A stretch of DNA of 64,000 nt from Candidatus Binatia bacterium (GTDB taxonomy: Bacteria > Desulfobacterota > Binatia > Bin18): assembly GCA_963667495.1 (NCBI GenBank), contig OY763426.1:1347615-1411614 (forward strand), read 5' to 3'. Positions 1 through 8,468 of this stretch are shown in pieces (position 1 is the first letter of the stretch; each line of letters opens with the position of its first letter). The translations under genes were made by a program, and so were the position numbers. Under the pieces are notes generated by a model, which was given only the letters and a program-made list of their open reading frames with translations, did not search any database and was not told the DNA's origin.

Positions 1-1172
1 GCTAGATCCGCCACGCTCTCACCGGGGGCTGGGGTGTAGGACAGCGTCGCGCCCATCGGGCTGACGCTCTCCCAAATCGCGGGGTTGTTAAAAATGAGGG
101 ACATCCCCGTGGTGTTCGGGTCTTTTTCCGACAGCAGGGTGGCGCGCAGCTCGAGATCTCGGAGTCGAGCAATTTTCTCTTCGAAGGGGAGCTCTTTGAG
201 TGGCTGAAAGCTCGGGAGGTACTCGAAGGGATTGTCGCCCTGAAAGCTAAAGAGAACGCCGATCGGTCGCCCGGCCACCAGGGGAACGAGAGACACTCCG
301 TCGCGCTGCACCGACTCGCACAAATCGAGCTGGCGGCGCCATTCTTTCGGGTCGAGACTGTGTTGAAGCAGCGGGAGGAGCATGCACTTGCTCTCGCGGG
401 CGATGCGTTCCGCCAGCTCAGTTTCGGCGAACAGTCTGTCGGACTCTCCACCGATCCCGGACGGGACCATTTCGAACACGCCCCCACCGGACCGGACCGC
501 CCGGGCGATGGCAAGTAATTCCTTTTCCGACGCATACGTGCCCGGAACCAACTCCCCCGATACGCTGGTGTGGAGTTCGGTGCGCGAGGTGGAAAAGCCT
601 AGTGCGCCGTCGCGCATCGCTTGTCCGACCAAGGCCGCCATTCGGGCGATGTCTTCGTCGGACGCCTCTTCGTTGGCCGCACCACGCTGGCCCATCACAT
701 AGGCGCGCACCGCTCCGTGGCCGACCAGAGCGCCGACGTCCATGGTACGGGGCATGGCGTCGAGCACATTCAAGTAGTCGCCAAAGGACTCCCAGCCCCA
801 GGGGATGCCTTCGGCCAGGGCCTTGCCCGGGATGTCCTCGACCCCTTCCATCAACTCGATCAGCCACTGGTGTCGATCCGGGGTGGCCGGGGCGAAGCCC
901 ACGCCGCAGTTGCCCATCACCAGGGTGGAGACGCCGTGCCAGACCAAGGGCTGCAGGTCCGGGTCCCACGTCGCTTGGCCGTCGAGATGAGTGTGGTTGT
1001 CGACCCAGCCAGGGGTCACAAGGAGTCCGTCGGCGTCGATGTCTCGCTTCGCGGCGCCAAGCTTGCCGCCGACAGCCGCAATACGGTCGCCCTCAAGCGC
1101 AAGATCTCCGGTGAAGGGCGCTTCCCCACTTCCGTCGACAATCCGTCCCCCGCGAATCACTACGTCAAACAT
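1..1172 (-). CDS. D-aminoacylase / N-acyl-D-amino-acid deacylase family amidohydrolase, 3' partial (runs off the window edge)
   Basis: The reverse-strand translation from the ATG at 1172 gives [36 protein letters not shown]...[13 protein letters not shown], a typical amidohydrolase-3 N-terminus with an HxH metal motif. A GGAGG RBS lies upstream. It is absent from the ORF track because it has no stop inside the window. Confidence 0.8.
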   Translation of the reverse strand, partial: MFDVVIRGGRIVDGSGEAPFTGDLALEGDRIAAVGGKLGAAKRDIDADGLLVTPGWVDNHTHLDGQATWDPDLQPLVWHGVSTLVMGNCGVGFAPATPDRHQWLIELMEGVEDIPGKALAEGIPWGWESFGDYLNVLDAMPRTMDVGALVGHGAVRAYVMGQRGAANEEASDEDIARMAALVGQAMRDGALGFSTSRTELHTSVSGELVPGTYASEKELLAIARAVRSGGGVFEMVPSGIGGESDRLFAETELAERIARESKCMLLPLLQHSLDPKEWRRQLDLCESVQRDGVSLVPLVAGRPIGVLFSFQGDNPFEYLPSFQPLKELPFEEKIARLRDLELRATLLSEKDPNTTGMSLIFNNPAIWESVSPMGATLSYTPAPGESVADL

Positions 1173-1218
1173 ATCTGGCCTCCTGTGGTCTATATCAACG
1201 CCGGCACGTCGCGCTCCT

Positions 1219-2463
1219 TTAGCCCTCGATGCGTTCGAGGGGTGGGAGCCCCAGCGCCGCCCGGAAATTGGTGTGGTAGTTATGCAGCGGGAGCTCGTTC
1301 CGCCCGAACGTCAGGTACTTAAGCTGGCCGCTCTCTGCCGAACGCTGCTGATATTCGCCCATCAGATAGTCTTCCTGGTCGATCGTGCTCGCGAAGATCT
1401 CGGCGACAGCGGACAAGGTCAACGCGGCCTCCGGGTCAGCGAAGTCTTCATAGGCATTCTCGGCCGTCACCTTCACGCTCTCATCGCCGCTCGCATTCTC
1501 CCGGTCAATCATTTCCTGCGTGAAGTAGTGGATGATGCGAGTCAGCGAACGCGACGGATTATCGGGGTGGGCGGGATCGGGGTACAGCTTGATGAGGTTC
1601 ACCGTCCCGTTGCCGACGGTGATCTGGATATTGGGGAAGAGGTAGTACAGGGTGACCGTGGTCTCAAGATAGTTCCATCCGCTTTCGCTCTTGCCGCGGC
1701 ACTCCTCGATGCCCCGATTCGCAAGTACCAAGCGATGGTTACGGCCGAAGGTCTCGTATCCGACGACGTCGCCGATGAGGACATTAGCGAGCGTATCCTT
1801 GTGGAGGCGCGCGAAATGATAGGTCTCGCCGAACGTATCGTTCGCCAGTTTCCAGTTGGCCCGCTTCTCGAGCGCCGTCTCGCCCTTCGGGACCCATTCG
1901 CCGAGGCCAAAGGAGGCGATCTCCGCCCCGAGTTCGCCGAGCTGCGATTCGAGGTCGATCTTGCCGTCTGCTCTCGGGTGGACCCAGAGTAGGCCGCCTT
2001 GCTCAACGGCCGGGAGTTCGATGAGTCCGTTGCATGATTTATCGATCTGCCCGAAGTGGTTCGCCATTGGGATGCCCATGAGCTTGCCGTTGTTTGCGTA
2101 GGTCCAGTTGTGGAACGGGCACATGAATTTGGAGGCCTCACCACTCCCATCGGCCACGCGCGCCCCTCGATGGCGGCATGAGTTGAGGAAGGCGCGAAAG
2201 CGGCCGTCTGCATCGCGGGTCGCAAGCACGGGCACGCCGAAATCATCGACTGTCAGGTATGAGCCGGGTTTCGGCAGAGAGCCGGAAAGGGCGAGGAGCT
2301 GCGGATGATCGCGGAAGAAGAGCTGTCGCTCCTGTTGTGCAATGTCTGGACACGTATAGACATCCGTGGAGTTTCGATACAGGACTCCGGCGTCGACGTT
2401 TTGCTTCTCGTCGATCTGCCGCAGCAACTCCTTCATGATCGAGATCTCGACTTCGCGCTGCAT
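1219..2463 (-). CDS. Rieske non-heme iron ring-hydroxylating oxygenase, alpha subunit
   Basis: 414 aa. The Rieske [2Fe-2S] motif CRHRG...CPFHNW (CxH-x17-CxxH) is present. The C-terminal catalytic domain carries a conserved-looking His/Asp mononuclear iron region. Confidence 0.85.
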   Translation of the reverse strand: MQREVEISIMKELLRQIDEKQNVDAGVLYRNSTDVYTCPDIAQQERQLFFRDHPQLLALSGSLPKPGSYLTVDDFGVPVLATRDADGRFRAFLNSCRHRGARVADGSGEASKFMCPFHNWTYANNGKLMGIPMANHFGQIDKSCNGLIELPAVEQGGLLWVHPRADGKIDLESQLGELGAEIASFGLGEWVPKGETALEKRANWKLANDTFGETYHFARLHKDTLANVLIGDVVGYETFGRNHRLVLANRGIEECRGKSESGWNYLETTVTLYYLFPNIQITVGNGTVNLIKLYPDPAHPDNPSRSLTRIIHYFTQEMIDRENASGDESVKVTAENAYEDFADPEAALTLSAVAEIFASTIDQEDYLMGEYQQRSAESGQLKYLTFGRNELPLHNYHTNFRAALGLPPLERIEG

Positions 2464-2587
2464 GTCTGTCCTCCTTTTCGCTTGCGATGAGCCGGTTTGT
2501 TGACTCTTCAGGCCGGTTGCCGGCCCTCCTTCATCGGCCTTGCAATTTCTAATTGAGAATATATATTACAAGTTAGAGCTTACACAA

Positions 2588-2613
2588 GAGGGGTTTTGTG
2601 CAAAAATCCCCTC
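2588..2613. promoter_or_regulatory. Imperfect 26-bp palindrome GAGGGGTTTTGTGCAAAAATCCCCTC; candidate TetR operator
   Basis: It lies in the divergent intergenic region between the Rieske oxygenase (minus) and the TetR regulator (plus), just upstream of the TetR RBS. An AT-rich patch (ctaattgagaatatatattacaag) sits nearby in an otherwise GC-rich context. Confidence 0.35.
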
Positions 2614-2650
2614 AGAGGGCGAGCACACACATGTGATAGAGGAGGTAGTC

Positions 2651-3253
2651 GTGTCCCCTGGGCCAGCGAAACAGTTTGAAATCGAAAAGGTACTGAACCG
2701 TGCCATGACCGTGTTCTGGGAGAAGGGATACGCGGCGACCAATATGGAGGACCTCCAGAAACGGATGGGCATCGGCGCGCGCAGCCTGTACGACACGTTT
2801 GGCAACAAGCGAGCCCTGTTCATCCGGACGCTTGACCATTACACGGCCACCTTCGTGCACACGCTCTACGGCGATCTGGACGCGACTGAGGCGACGCTGG
2901 ACGTCCTCCCCTCGATGCTGCGGACGCTGCAACACACGCATGAACGCTCCGGGGGGCGCGGGTGTTTCCTGGGGGTGGCGATGGCGCAGGTCCCCCGTGA
3001 CGACACCGAGCTCGTAGCGCTCATCCGCCAACACGTTGGGGTAATGGAAGACGCCTTCTACGCGGTCTGCGTCCGCGCGCAGGATCGGGGACAACTCGAC
3101 CCGGCGGTGCACCCGCGCGACCTGGCACGCTTTTACGTGGCGCTGTTCCAGGGATTAAACCTCGTCTCACGCATCGAGCCGGACGGGGAGCTCTTCCAGA
3201 GCGCCGCCCGGGTCCTGGCTGATAGCCAGCCCACGGCCAGCCGCGCCAACTAG
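2651..3253 (+). CDS. TetR/AcrR family transcriptional regulator
   Basis: The N-terminal HTH KQFEIEKVLNRAMTVFWEKGYAATNMEDLQKRMGIGARSLYDTFGNKRALF is typical of TetR_N. I chose the GTG at 2651 because a GAGGAGG RBS sits 5 nt upstream. The track ORF begins at 2540 with an unlikely N-terminal extension. Confidence 0.8.
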   Translation: MSPGPAKQFEIEKVLNRAMTVFWEKGYAATNMEDLQKRMGIGARSLYDTFGNKRALFIRTLDHYTATFVHTLYGDLDATEATLDVLPSMLRTLQHTHERSGGRGCFLGVAMAQVPRDDTELVALIRQHVGVMEDAFYAVCVRAQDRGQLDPAVHPRDLARFYVALFQGLNLVSRIEPDGELFQSAARVLADSQPTASRAN

Positions 3254-3318
3254 ATAGGTGATTGCCCATTCCCCGTTGGGTCGAGAAACCACTGGATACG
3301 AAAGAGGATACCGGAAAC

Positions 3319-4113
3319 ATGGCTGCGCAAACAGACGAACCAATAGAGCTTCTCACCTATCCGAATAGCCCGTATGGCGCAAAAGTTTATTGGGCACTGC
3401 AATTCAAAGGCGCCAAGTTCGCTCTGAGCTATGTCAATGGATTCACTACGAAAGAAATCGCTTTTTCAAAGCAGAAAGTGGTCCCAGTTCTCAAAATTGG
3501 TGATCGGTGGCTACAGGACTCTCGCGAGAACTGTTTGCGCTTGGAAGAGGTTTTCCCGGAGCGTTCTTTCGCCGGAAAGACTGAGCAGGAACGTGAAGAC
3601 GTCATTGCTGCTGACCAATGGGTAGATCGGAATATATTCGGGCTACACATGCGCGCGTGTATCGATAAACGAGAAAGCGTTCTTAGTAAACGGAACGCGC
3701 GAAGAATGGCAGATGTGGTGCTGCCGAGTTTTTCAGGTCTGCCACCGCTCTGGTTTAGGAATGTCGTACTCAAGCCAACTTGGTGGTTCGTGTTGCGGAA
3801 TGTTGGTTTTGTAAAACGGATGGCGAGTCAGATTGATACACACAAAGACCTTCAATCCGTTCACGCTGAAGTGGTAAGGGCGTTTGAAAAACGTATTGGA
3901 AAAACGGGCTTTCTTGCTGGGACTGAAGAGCCCTCGTTCGCCGATATCGCCGCATTCGCACAAATTGCGTTCTGCACGACGCATGGTTTCGAGGGCACGT
4001 TGAACGCTGACGCATCGCCCGTGGTCAGCGCCTGGTATGACCGGATGCGGACCTATTTCCCAGACAACCCAACCCCTGCCCTCTTTCCGTACTGGCCACC
4101 CGCCGGGTTCTAG
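3319..4113 (+). CDS. Glutathione S-transferase-like protein (thioredoxin-fold N-terminus plus GST C-terminus)
   Basis: LLTYPNSPYGAKVYWALQFKGAKF...VPVL resembles a GST/glutaredoxin-2-like N-terminus. The start at 3319 has a GAGGA RBS. Local GC is lower than the surroundings. Confidence 0.6.
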   Translation: MAAQTDEPIELLTYPNSPYGAKVYWALQFKGAKFALSYVNGFTTKEIAFSKQKVVPVLKIGDRWLQDSRENCLRLEEVFPERSFAGKTEQEREDVIAADQWVDRNIFGLHMRACIDKRESVLSKRNARRMADVVLPSFSGLPPLWFRNVVLKPTWWFVLRNVGFVKRMASQIDTHKDLQSVHAEVVRAFEKRIGKTGFLAGTEEPSFADIAAFAQIAFCTTHGFEGTLNADASPVVSAWYDRMRTYFPDNPTPALFPYWPPAGF

Positions 4114-4208
4114 GTGTGTCCAGTATGTAACACAAGGGGCCTTCACGGTGCAGCACGCCATTTCGGCTTTCGACCTACAACAGTCGCCAACACAAAAGGA
4201 GGACTCCC

Positions 4209-5351
4209 ATGACCACCGTTCAAGAGACGATTCCCGCCTCTCTTCAGCCCGATGTGGACGCCGCGCTGTCCTGGTTCAACCAACGCCAGGACATATCCTT
4301 TGAGGTGACGGGCATTCTCGACCCGGAGGACGCTCTTTCACAGAGCGAGCCCCGCGAGCTCAAGCTCGTACTCTGCGGGGGAGATCGGTGCGAGCAGCGC
4401 TCGTTCCGTGTGACGCGCAGCGCCGAAGGGGCTGCTGTTGCGTTCGCTGAAGAAGTCGCTGTAGCGGCTGGGCAGGACGTCCCGAGCCCCGAGCTTGATC
4501 CACCGCCGGGTGCCCGCCGCGGGTGGCTTGACCGTGCGCTCAGCCAGCATGCATTTGTCGTGCTCGTCTTCTACCGGGGATTCTGGTGACCACCGTGTCG
4601 CTCCGAGTTGCGGAGCTACACGAGTGCCGGGATCGCCGAGAAGGTGCGCGCCGCGGGTGGGGAGATCTATGCCGTCACGAGTGAGCCACAGACGCTGGCC
4701 TCTCGTGCGCAATCGGAGTGGGAGTTCGACTTCGAGTCGGTCGGCGACCCGCACCATGAGATCGCCGGAAGCTGCCGGGAGCGTGGCTGGATCGAGCTAT
4801 TCGTGAATGACAAGCTCGACTTTCTGCGCGAGGGCACGAAGGACGAGCCGGATTGGTCGGCCCAGCATCCGAAGGGTCACTTCCAAGCGGGCGTACTCGC
4901 CGTCACGGCGGAGGGGCGGATTCTGTACCGCTGGCGCAAAGTGCCCACGCGCAAGAACGTTGGCGGTGCGCTGGGGCGGCTGACTCCCGAGCACGCGTGG
5001 TCACAGATCGACGCCGCCCTTCAATCTGACGCTGACGGGGATGCCGCCCTCGACGAGGATGCGGCACTCGATTTCCCCGACGTTTTCTGGCCGATCTTCG
5101 CCGCCGTGCTAGTCGCAAACGGGTGGTTCGTACGGCCCCTCGCTTTCGGCTACAAGGCTCACGACCCCAAGGGGAAGCACCGCCTCCGGCGCGCGGGATT
5201 CCGGTTACTCGGCTTCGTCGCAGCCTGGGCCGCGGCGTTCTGGTGGGGCCCACCGCTCTGGGTGGGCGCGGCCCTCGTGGCCTGGTTCGCCTGGATCACG
5301 CCGAAGCTGCCATTTGTGAACGGCGAGTTTCAGCATATCAAGCCGGCTTAA
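4209..5351 (+). CDS. Redoxin / Prx-like thiol-disulfide oxidoreductase with an in-frame TGA (putative selenocysteine, UPPC motif) and a C-terminal hydrophobic region
   Basis: The track ORFs 4209..4589 and 4608..5351 are in the same frame and separated only by the TGA at 4587-4589. Read through, the sequence is AFVVLVFYRGFW-U-PPCRSELRSYTSAGIAEKVRAAGGEIYAVTSEPQ...FESVGDPHHEIA...VLAVTAEGRILYRW, which matches redoxin/AhpC-TSA family signatures (VLVFYRG.WCP.C, YAVS.D). The TGA occupies the first Cys of the CxxC motif. The native GC is high. Confidence 0.7.
4600..4616 (+). other. Candidate bacterial SECIS hairpin (GCUCCG-AGUUG-CGGAGC), 10 nt after the in-frame UGA
   Basis: The 6-bp stem is a perfect inverted repeat and the 5-nt apical loop contains GU. 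The spacing from the UGA matches bacterial SelB-dependent SECIS elements. Confidence 0.5.
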
Positions 5352-5383
5352 GAGCAACCCAATAGAAAAGAAGGAGAGACCCA

Positions 5384-6397
5384 ATGGACGTATTACGCGC
5401 CCCGGATGAACGATTCGCGAACCTGCCCGGCTACAGTTTCGAACCTCACTACACTGAGGTTTCCGACGGCGAAGGCGGCGAACTGCGACTTCACCACGTA
5501 GAGCAAGGACCTTCCTCGGGTGAGGTCGTACTCTGTTTGCACGGGCAGCCCACCTGGTCCTACTTGTACCGCAAGATGATCCCGGTCTTTGCCCAAGCGG
5601 GTTACCGCACCATTGCGCCAGACTTCGTCGGGTTCGGCCGCTCGGACAAGCCGACGCGAACCGAGGATTACACCTATGCAAGGCACGTCGAGTGGATGCG
5701 GCAATGGCTACAGACAAACCAACTGAATGATATCACGCTGGTGTGTCAAGATTGGGGAGGGCTGATCGGTCTACGCTTGGTGGCGACGCTCCCAGAGCAT
5801 TTCTCCCGGGTCGTCATCGCAAACACGGGCCTCCCGGAGGGCTCTGGTTTTCTAACCTCGTTCGATATTCGTCTAGCACCGAAGATGCATCGGGTGTACT
5901 CCTCGCTGCCCGTGCCCGCGAGCCTAAGCGAGGTCTTTGCGAAAATTCAAAACCCCGGAGAGGTGCCACCGTTTTTTTTCTGGCGAAAATTCGTGGCGCA
6001 AAGTCCTAATTTTCGTCCGCAGGATTTCGTTGAGATGGCTTCGAGCAGCGAACTCTCCGCCGATGTGCTCGCAGCATACGAAGCGCCTTTCCCCGACGAA
6101 CGTTTTCTAGCAGGAGCGAGGCGGTTCCCGAGTTTGGTGCCGATCACGCCCGACGAGCCGGAGGCCACGAGCAATCGAATGGCATGGAATGTATTGCAGA
6201 CGTTTGACAAGCCGTTCCTAACCGCGTTTAGCGACGGTGATATTGGATCCGCCGGCATGGAAAGAGAATTCCAGGAACGCGTTCCCGGTGCTAAGAAGCA
6301 GGCGCACATCACGATCAGAGACGCTGGCCACTTTCTTCAGGAGGACGCGGGGGAGCGGTTCGCTGAAGAGATCGTAAACTTCATGCGTACCAACTGA
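5384..6397 (+). CDS. Haloalkane dehalogenase (alpha/beta hydrolase fold)
   Basis: ERFANLPGYSFEPHY.EV...LRLHHVEQGP..GEVVLCLHGQPTWSYLYRKMIP...APDFVGFGRSDKP...DYTYARHVEWM...DITLVCQDWGG is the canonical haloalkane dehalogenase N-terminus with its nucleophile-elbow context. A GAAGGAGAG RBS lies upstream. Confidence 0.85.
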   Translation: MDVLRAPDERFANLPGYSFEPHYTEVSDGEGGELRLHHVEQGPSSGEVVLCLHGQPTWSYLYRKMIPVFAQAGYRTIAPDFVGFGRSDKPTRTEDYTYARHVEWMRQWLQTNQLNDITLVCQDWGGLIGLRLVATLPEHFSRVVIANTGLPEGSGFLTSFDIRLAPKMHRVYSSLPVPASLSEVFAKIQNPGEVPPFFFWRKFVAQSPNFRPQDFVEMASSSELSADVLAAYEAPFPDERFLAGARRFPSLVPITPDEPEATSNRMAWNVLQTFDKPFLTAFSDGDIGSAGMEREFQERVPGAKKQAHITIRDAGHFLQEDAGERFAEEIVNFMRTN

Positions 6398-6404
6398 CCG
6401 GAAG

Positions 6405-6428
6405 TCGCCGCGACGCGGCGATTTGCAG
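6405..6428 (+). terminator. Hairpin tcgccgcg-acg-cggcga followed by TTTG; weak intrinsic terminator after the dehalogenase gene
   Basis: A perfect 8-bp GC stem sits immediately 3' of the stop at 6397. The U-tract is short. Confidence 0.4.
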
Positions 6429-6452
6429 TATATGGACCAGTGGGCGGATTTG

Positions 6453-7271
6453 GTCACGGTCAGGAGGCGGATTACCCCGCCCCCTGCCGCTGCAAAACCG
6501 TACGTGAGACTTTGGTCTCATACGGCTTGTCAAACCGCTAGTCCCTGACACGGATACCAGACGCGGCATTCCGCAGTGTCTGGCTCGGGATATGAGCTTT
6601 GGGAGCTGGCCGACCCCTCTAGGAGGGCTGACCACGCCTCAGTATGCATCGCTGCATCTGCCATAGCGATAAAGCTCCTACTCGTTCCTATCCTTTCTAG
6701 CGACCTGTGCCCGCGTCAGCATATCTCGCGGCTTTCCCGCGAGCCTTGGCTTCTCGGACAATCCTGCCTCCGGTGAACATACGGCTGACTACCTACCCGC
6801 CCTCCTATTGGAGGGTGGGAGATCATCGAAGGTTATCCCGTTCCTGTTACCTGCTGGTGTGTGACCGTAGGATCGTGCTCTACGCCGGGTCTACTGCGAG
6901 CGGAGTCCCCAGCTCTGCGGTGCTGAGGACCTGAGACCAGTCCCTTTTGGGCCAGCCGCTAAGCCAGAGTCGGCTAGGTCGCAATCACGACGCCTCCATA
7001 CACGTTCGCTTGCGCTATCCCTAGTCACCTGGGTCGAGGGTCACCTGATCTGACTTCGGTGAGTGCCCCTTTGAACCCTTGCACTCCGACGGTTGAGGGT
7101 CAGTCGCGCGCCGTAGGGTTCTCCCGTCTCCCGTCCGCCACGGGGGGAGGACTTGCGAGAAGAGACAGTCTCTTCCGCTCACCTCCGCAGATAACAAGTT
7201 GTCAAAGAGCATGAAGCTCTCCGCCGCTCAGCCTCCCATCTCCCGATGGTTTCGAGCGAACGGGTCGCACC
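6453..7271 (-). mobile_element. ORF-less group II intron (ribozyme only, about 820 nt)
   Basis: On the minus strand a textbook domain V, AAGCCGUAUGAGAC-CAAA-GUCUCACGUACGGUUU, maps to plus coordinates 6496-6528. It has the AGC triad, a 2-nt AC bulge and a tetraloop. A GC-rich domain VI hairpin follows with a bulged A 7 nt before an ...GAC 3' end near 6453. The 5' end, GUGCGAC, is at 7271. No ORF longer than 63 aa lies inside, so no RT/maturase is encoded. Confidence 0.7.
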
Positions 7272-7647
7272 GCAAAAAGTTACGGTTTCAAGTGGACAGA
7301 GCGCCCATCTGAAGTCCCGATTTTGTGTCCGATAAGGCCGTTTCTGTCAAACTCCTCAGAAATATGAGCTCTCGGTGTGGTGCAACACTTTGCTAGTCAT
7401 CTGTTTACGGAGAAGAAAAAGATGACAGGGATGTGGACTTAAAGTGCGGAAAAGTGGGCTTTGGTGCCGAGAAGCCAAAACTAAAAATGAAACACAGACA
7501 GCCGGACTGTTTCACGGCCTTTTTTTCAGGCGAACACCCCGTCTTGTGGGCGATCGCCCTTGCGGCGGCGGGCGACATCCCCTGCTCAATATATCCGCGG
7601 CTTCGGCTATTGACTGATCGCGGCTCTATCGACGATCCTTGATTCCT

Positions 7648-8241
7648 TTAACAGCCCGGCTGTTCCGCTTCTGCCCGCATGTCCTGATGCGCGAATGAAA
7701 GCGGACACGGCTTGCCCACCCCGTCGAGCCCGACGGCGTAGACCAGCCGTCCGTAGCCAATAAAAATCGCCATACGCCAGCCCAGGGCCATGATCTCGGG
7801 CTCGCTGTAATGGGTCCGCAACTCGTCAAACAAATCCTGGGAGACCTGTTTATGATCGCGGGCCAGGGTGTCCGCAAAGCGCAGGGCAGCTTTCTCACGC
7901 GGTGTGAACAAATCGCTGTCCTGAAAATGGGGCAGGGCGTGGATCATTTCCTCCGTCAGACCTTGTTGCCTCGCCGAGGCATACACGGCCGTCATTCAAA
8001 GCTGGCATTCGTTGATCTGGGCCACCTTGTGCCGAATCAGCTCGGTCAGCTTCACGCTGATCCCATCGACGTCGACCATAATATGGGAGTAGTAAAAATC
8101 GACGAAGTGTTTATAGAGGTCCGGGGTATGGGCAAAGACCTGTATCCATTCCGACCCGCCGAGCGCCTCGTCGCTCTGCTGCATGGTTTTTTGCAGCTCG
8201 GGGTCAACCTTCTCAAACGGCACCTTGCTGACACGTAGCAT
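7648..8241 (-). CDS. AhpD-like / carboxymuconolactone decarboxylase family protein with an in-frame TGA (putative selenocysteine, C-x-x-U motif)
   Basis: The track ORFs 7996..8241 and 7648..7995 are contiguous and in the same frame, separated only by a TGA (plus coordinates 7996-7998). Read through, the sequence is ELIRHKVAQINECQL-U-MTAVYA..., which aligns with the CMD-family motif RVSQxNGCxYC in which the TGA replaces the second Cys. Downstream, TPREKAALRFADTLARDHKQVSQDLFDELRTHYSEPEIMALGWRMAIFIGYGRL is typical of AhpD-like proteins. Confidence 0.7.
7967..7981 (-). other. Candidate SECIS hairpin (UGCCUC-GGC-GAGGCA), 14 nt after the minus-strand UGA
   Basis: It is a perfect 6-bp inverted repeat on the minus-strand mRNA. 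The loop is short, so this call is less convincing than the redoxin SECIS. Confidence 0.35.
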
Positions 8242-8372
8242 CGGTCTTCCTCCTTACTGTGCAGTGGGTTTCCTTTGCCAATAAACCAATGCGGACGTAT
8301 TTGGAAGAGCTGAGTCGGTAGTGCCCCAGCTTCGCCTCATCCTTCTGTCTGCGGCACATCCCCCTCCCTGGC

Positions 8373-8430
8373 CCTCCCCTCAAGGGGGAGGGAATGTCTG
8401 CTCCCTCTCCCCTGGAGGGAGAGGGCTGGG
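8373..8430. repeat. Two tandem GC-rich hairpins (CCCTCCCC-TCAA-GGGGAGGG and CCCTCTCCC-CTGGA-GGGAGAGGG) in the 3' region of the S9 peptidase gene
   Basis: Both are perfect inverted repeats seen directly in the sequence. No U-tract follows, so this is either a structured 3' UTR or a REP-like element. Confidence 0.4.
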
Positions 8431-8468
8431 GTGAGGGGGGATTCCAAAGTGAGACACTACCCGAATTT

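Noticed and set aside
2-1992. Long track ORFs 2..535(-), 418..969(-), 621..1322(+), 805..990(+) and 991..1992(+)
   Set aside because: Their compositions are Arg/Pro/Gly-rich, with no domain signatures. They lie antisense to or out of frame with the well-supported D-aminoacylase and Rieske oxygenase genes. They are typical high-GC spurious ORFs.
6420-7430. Gene-free 1-kb stretch considered as tmRNA or RNase P RNA
   Set aside because: No tRNA-like T-arm (GGTTCGAATCC), no tmRNA tag reading frame and no RNase P P4 signatures (GGAAAGUCCGG / ACAGAACCCGGCUUA) were found. The domain V / domain VI features of a group II intron explain the region.
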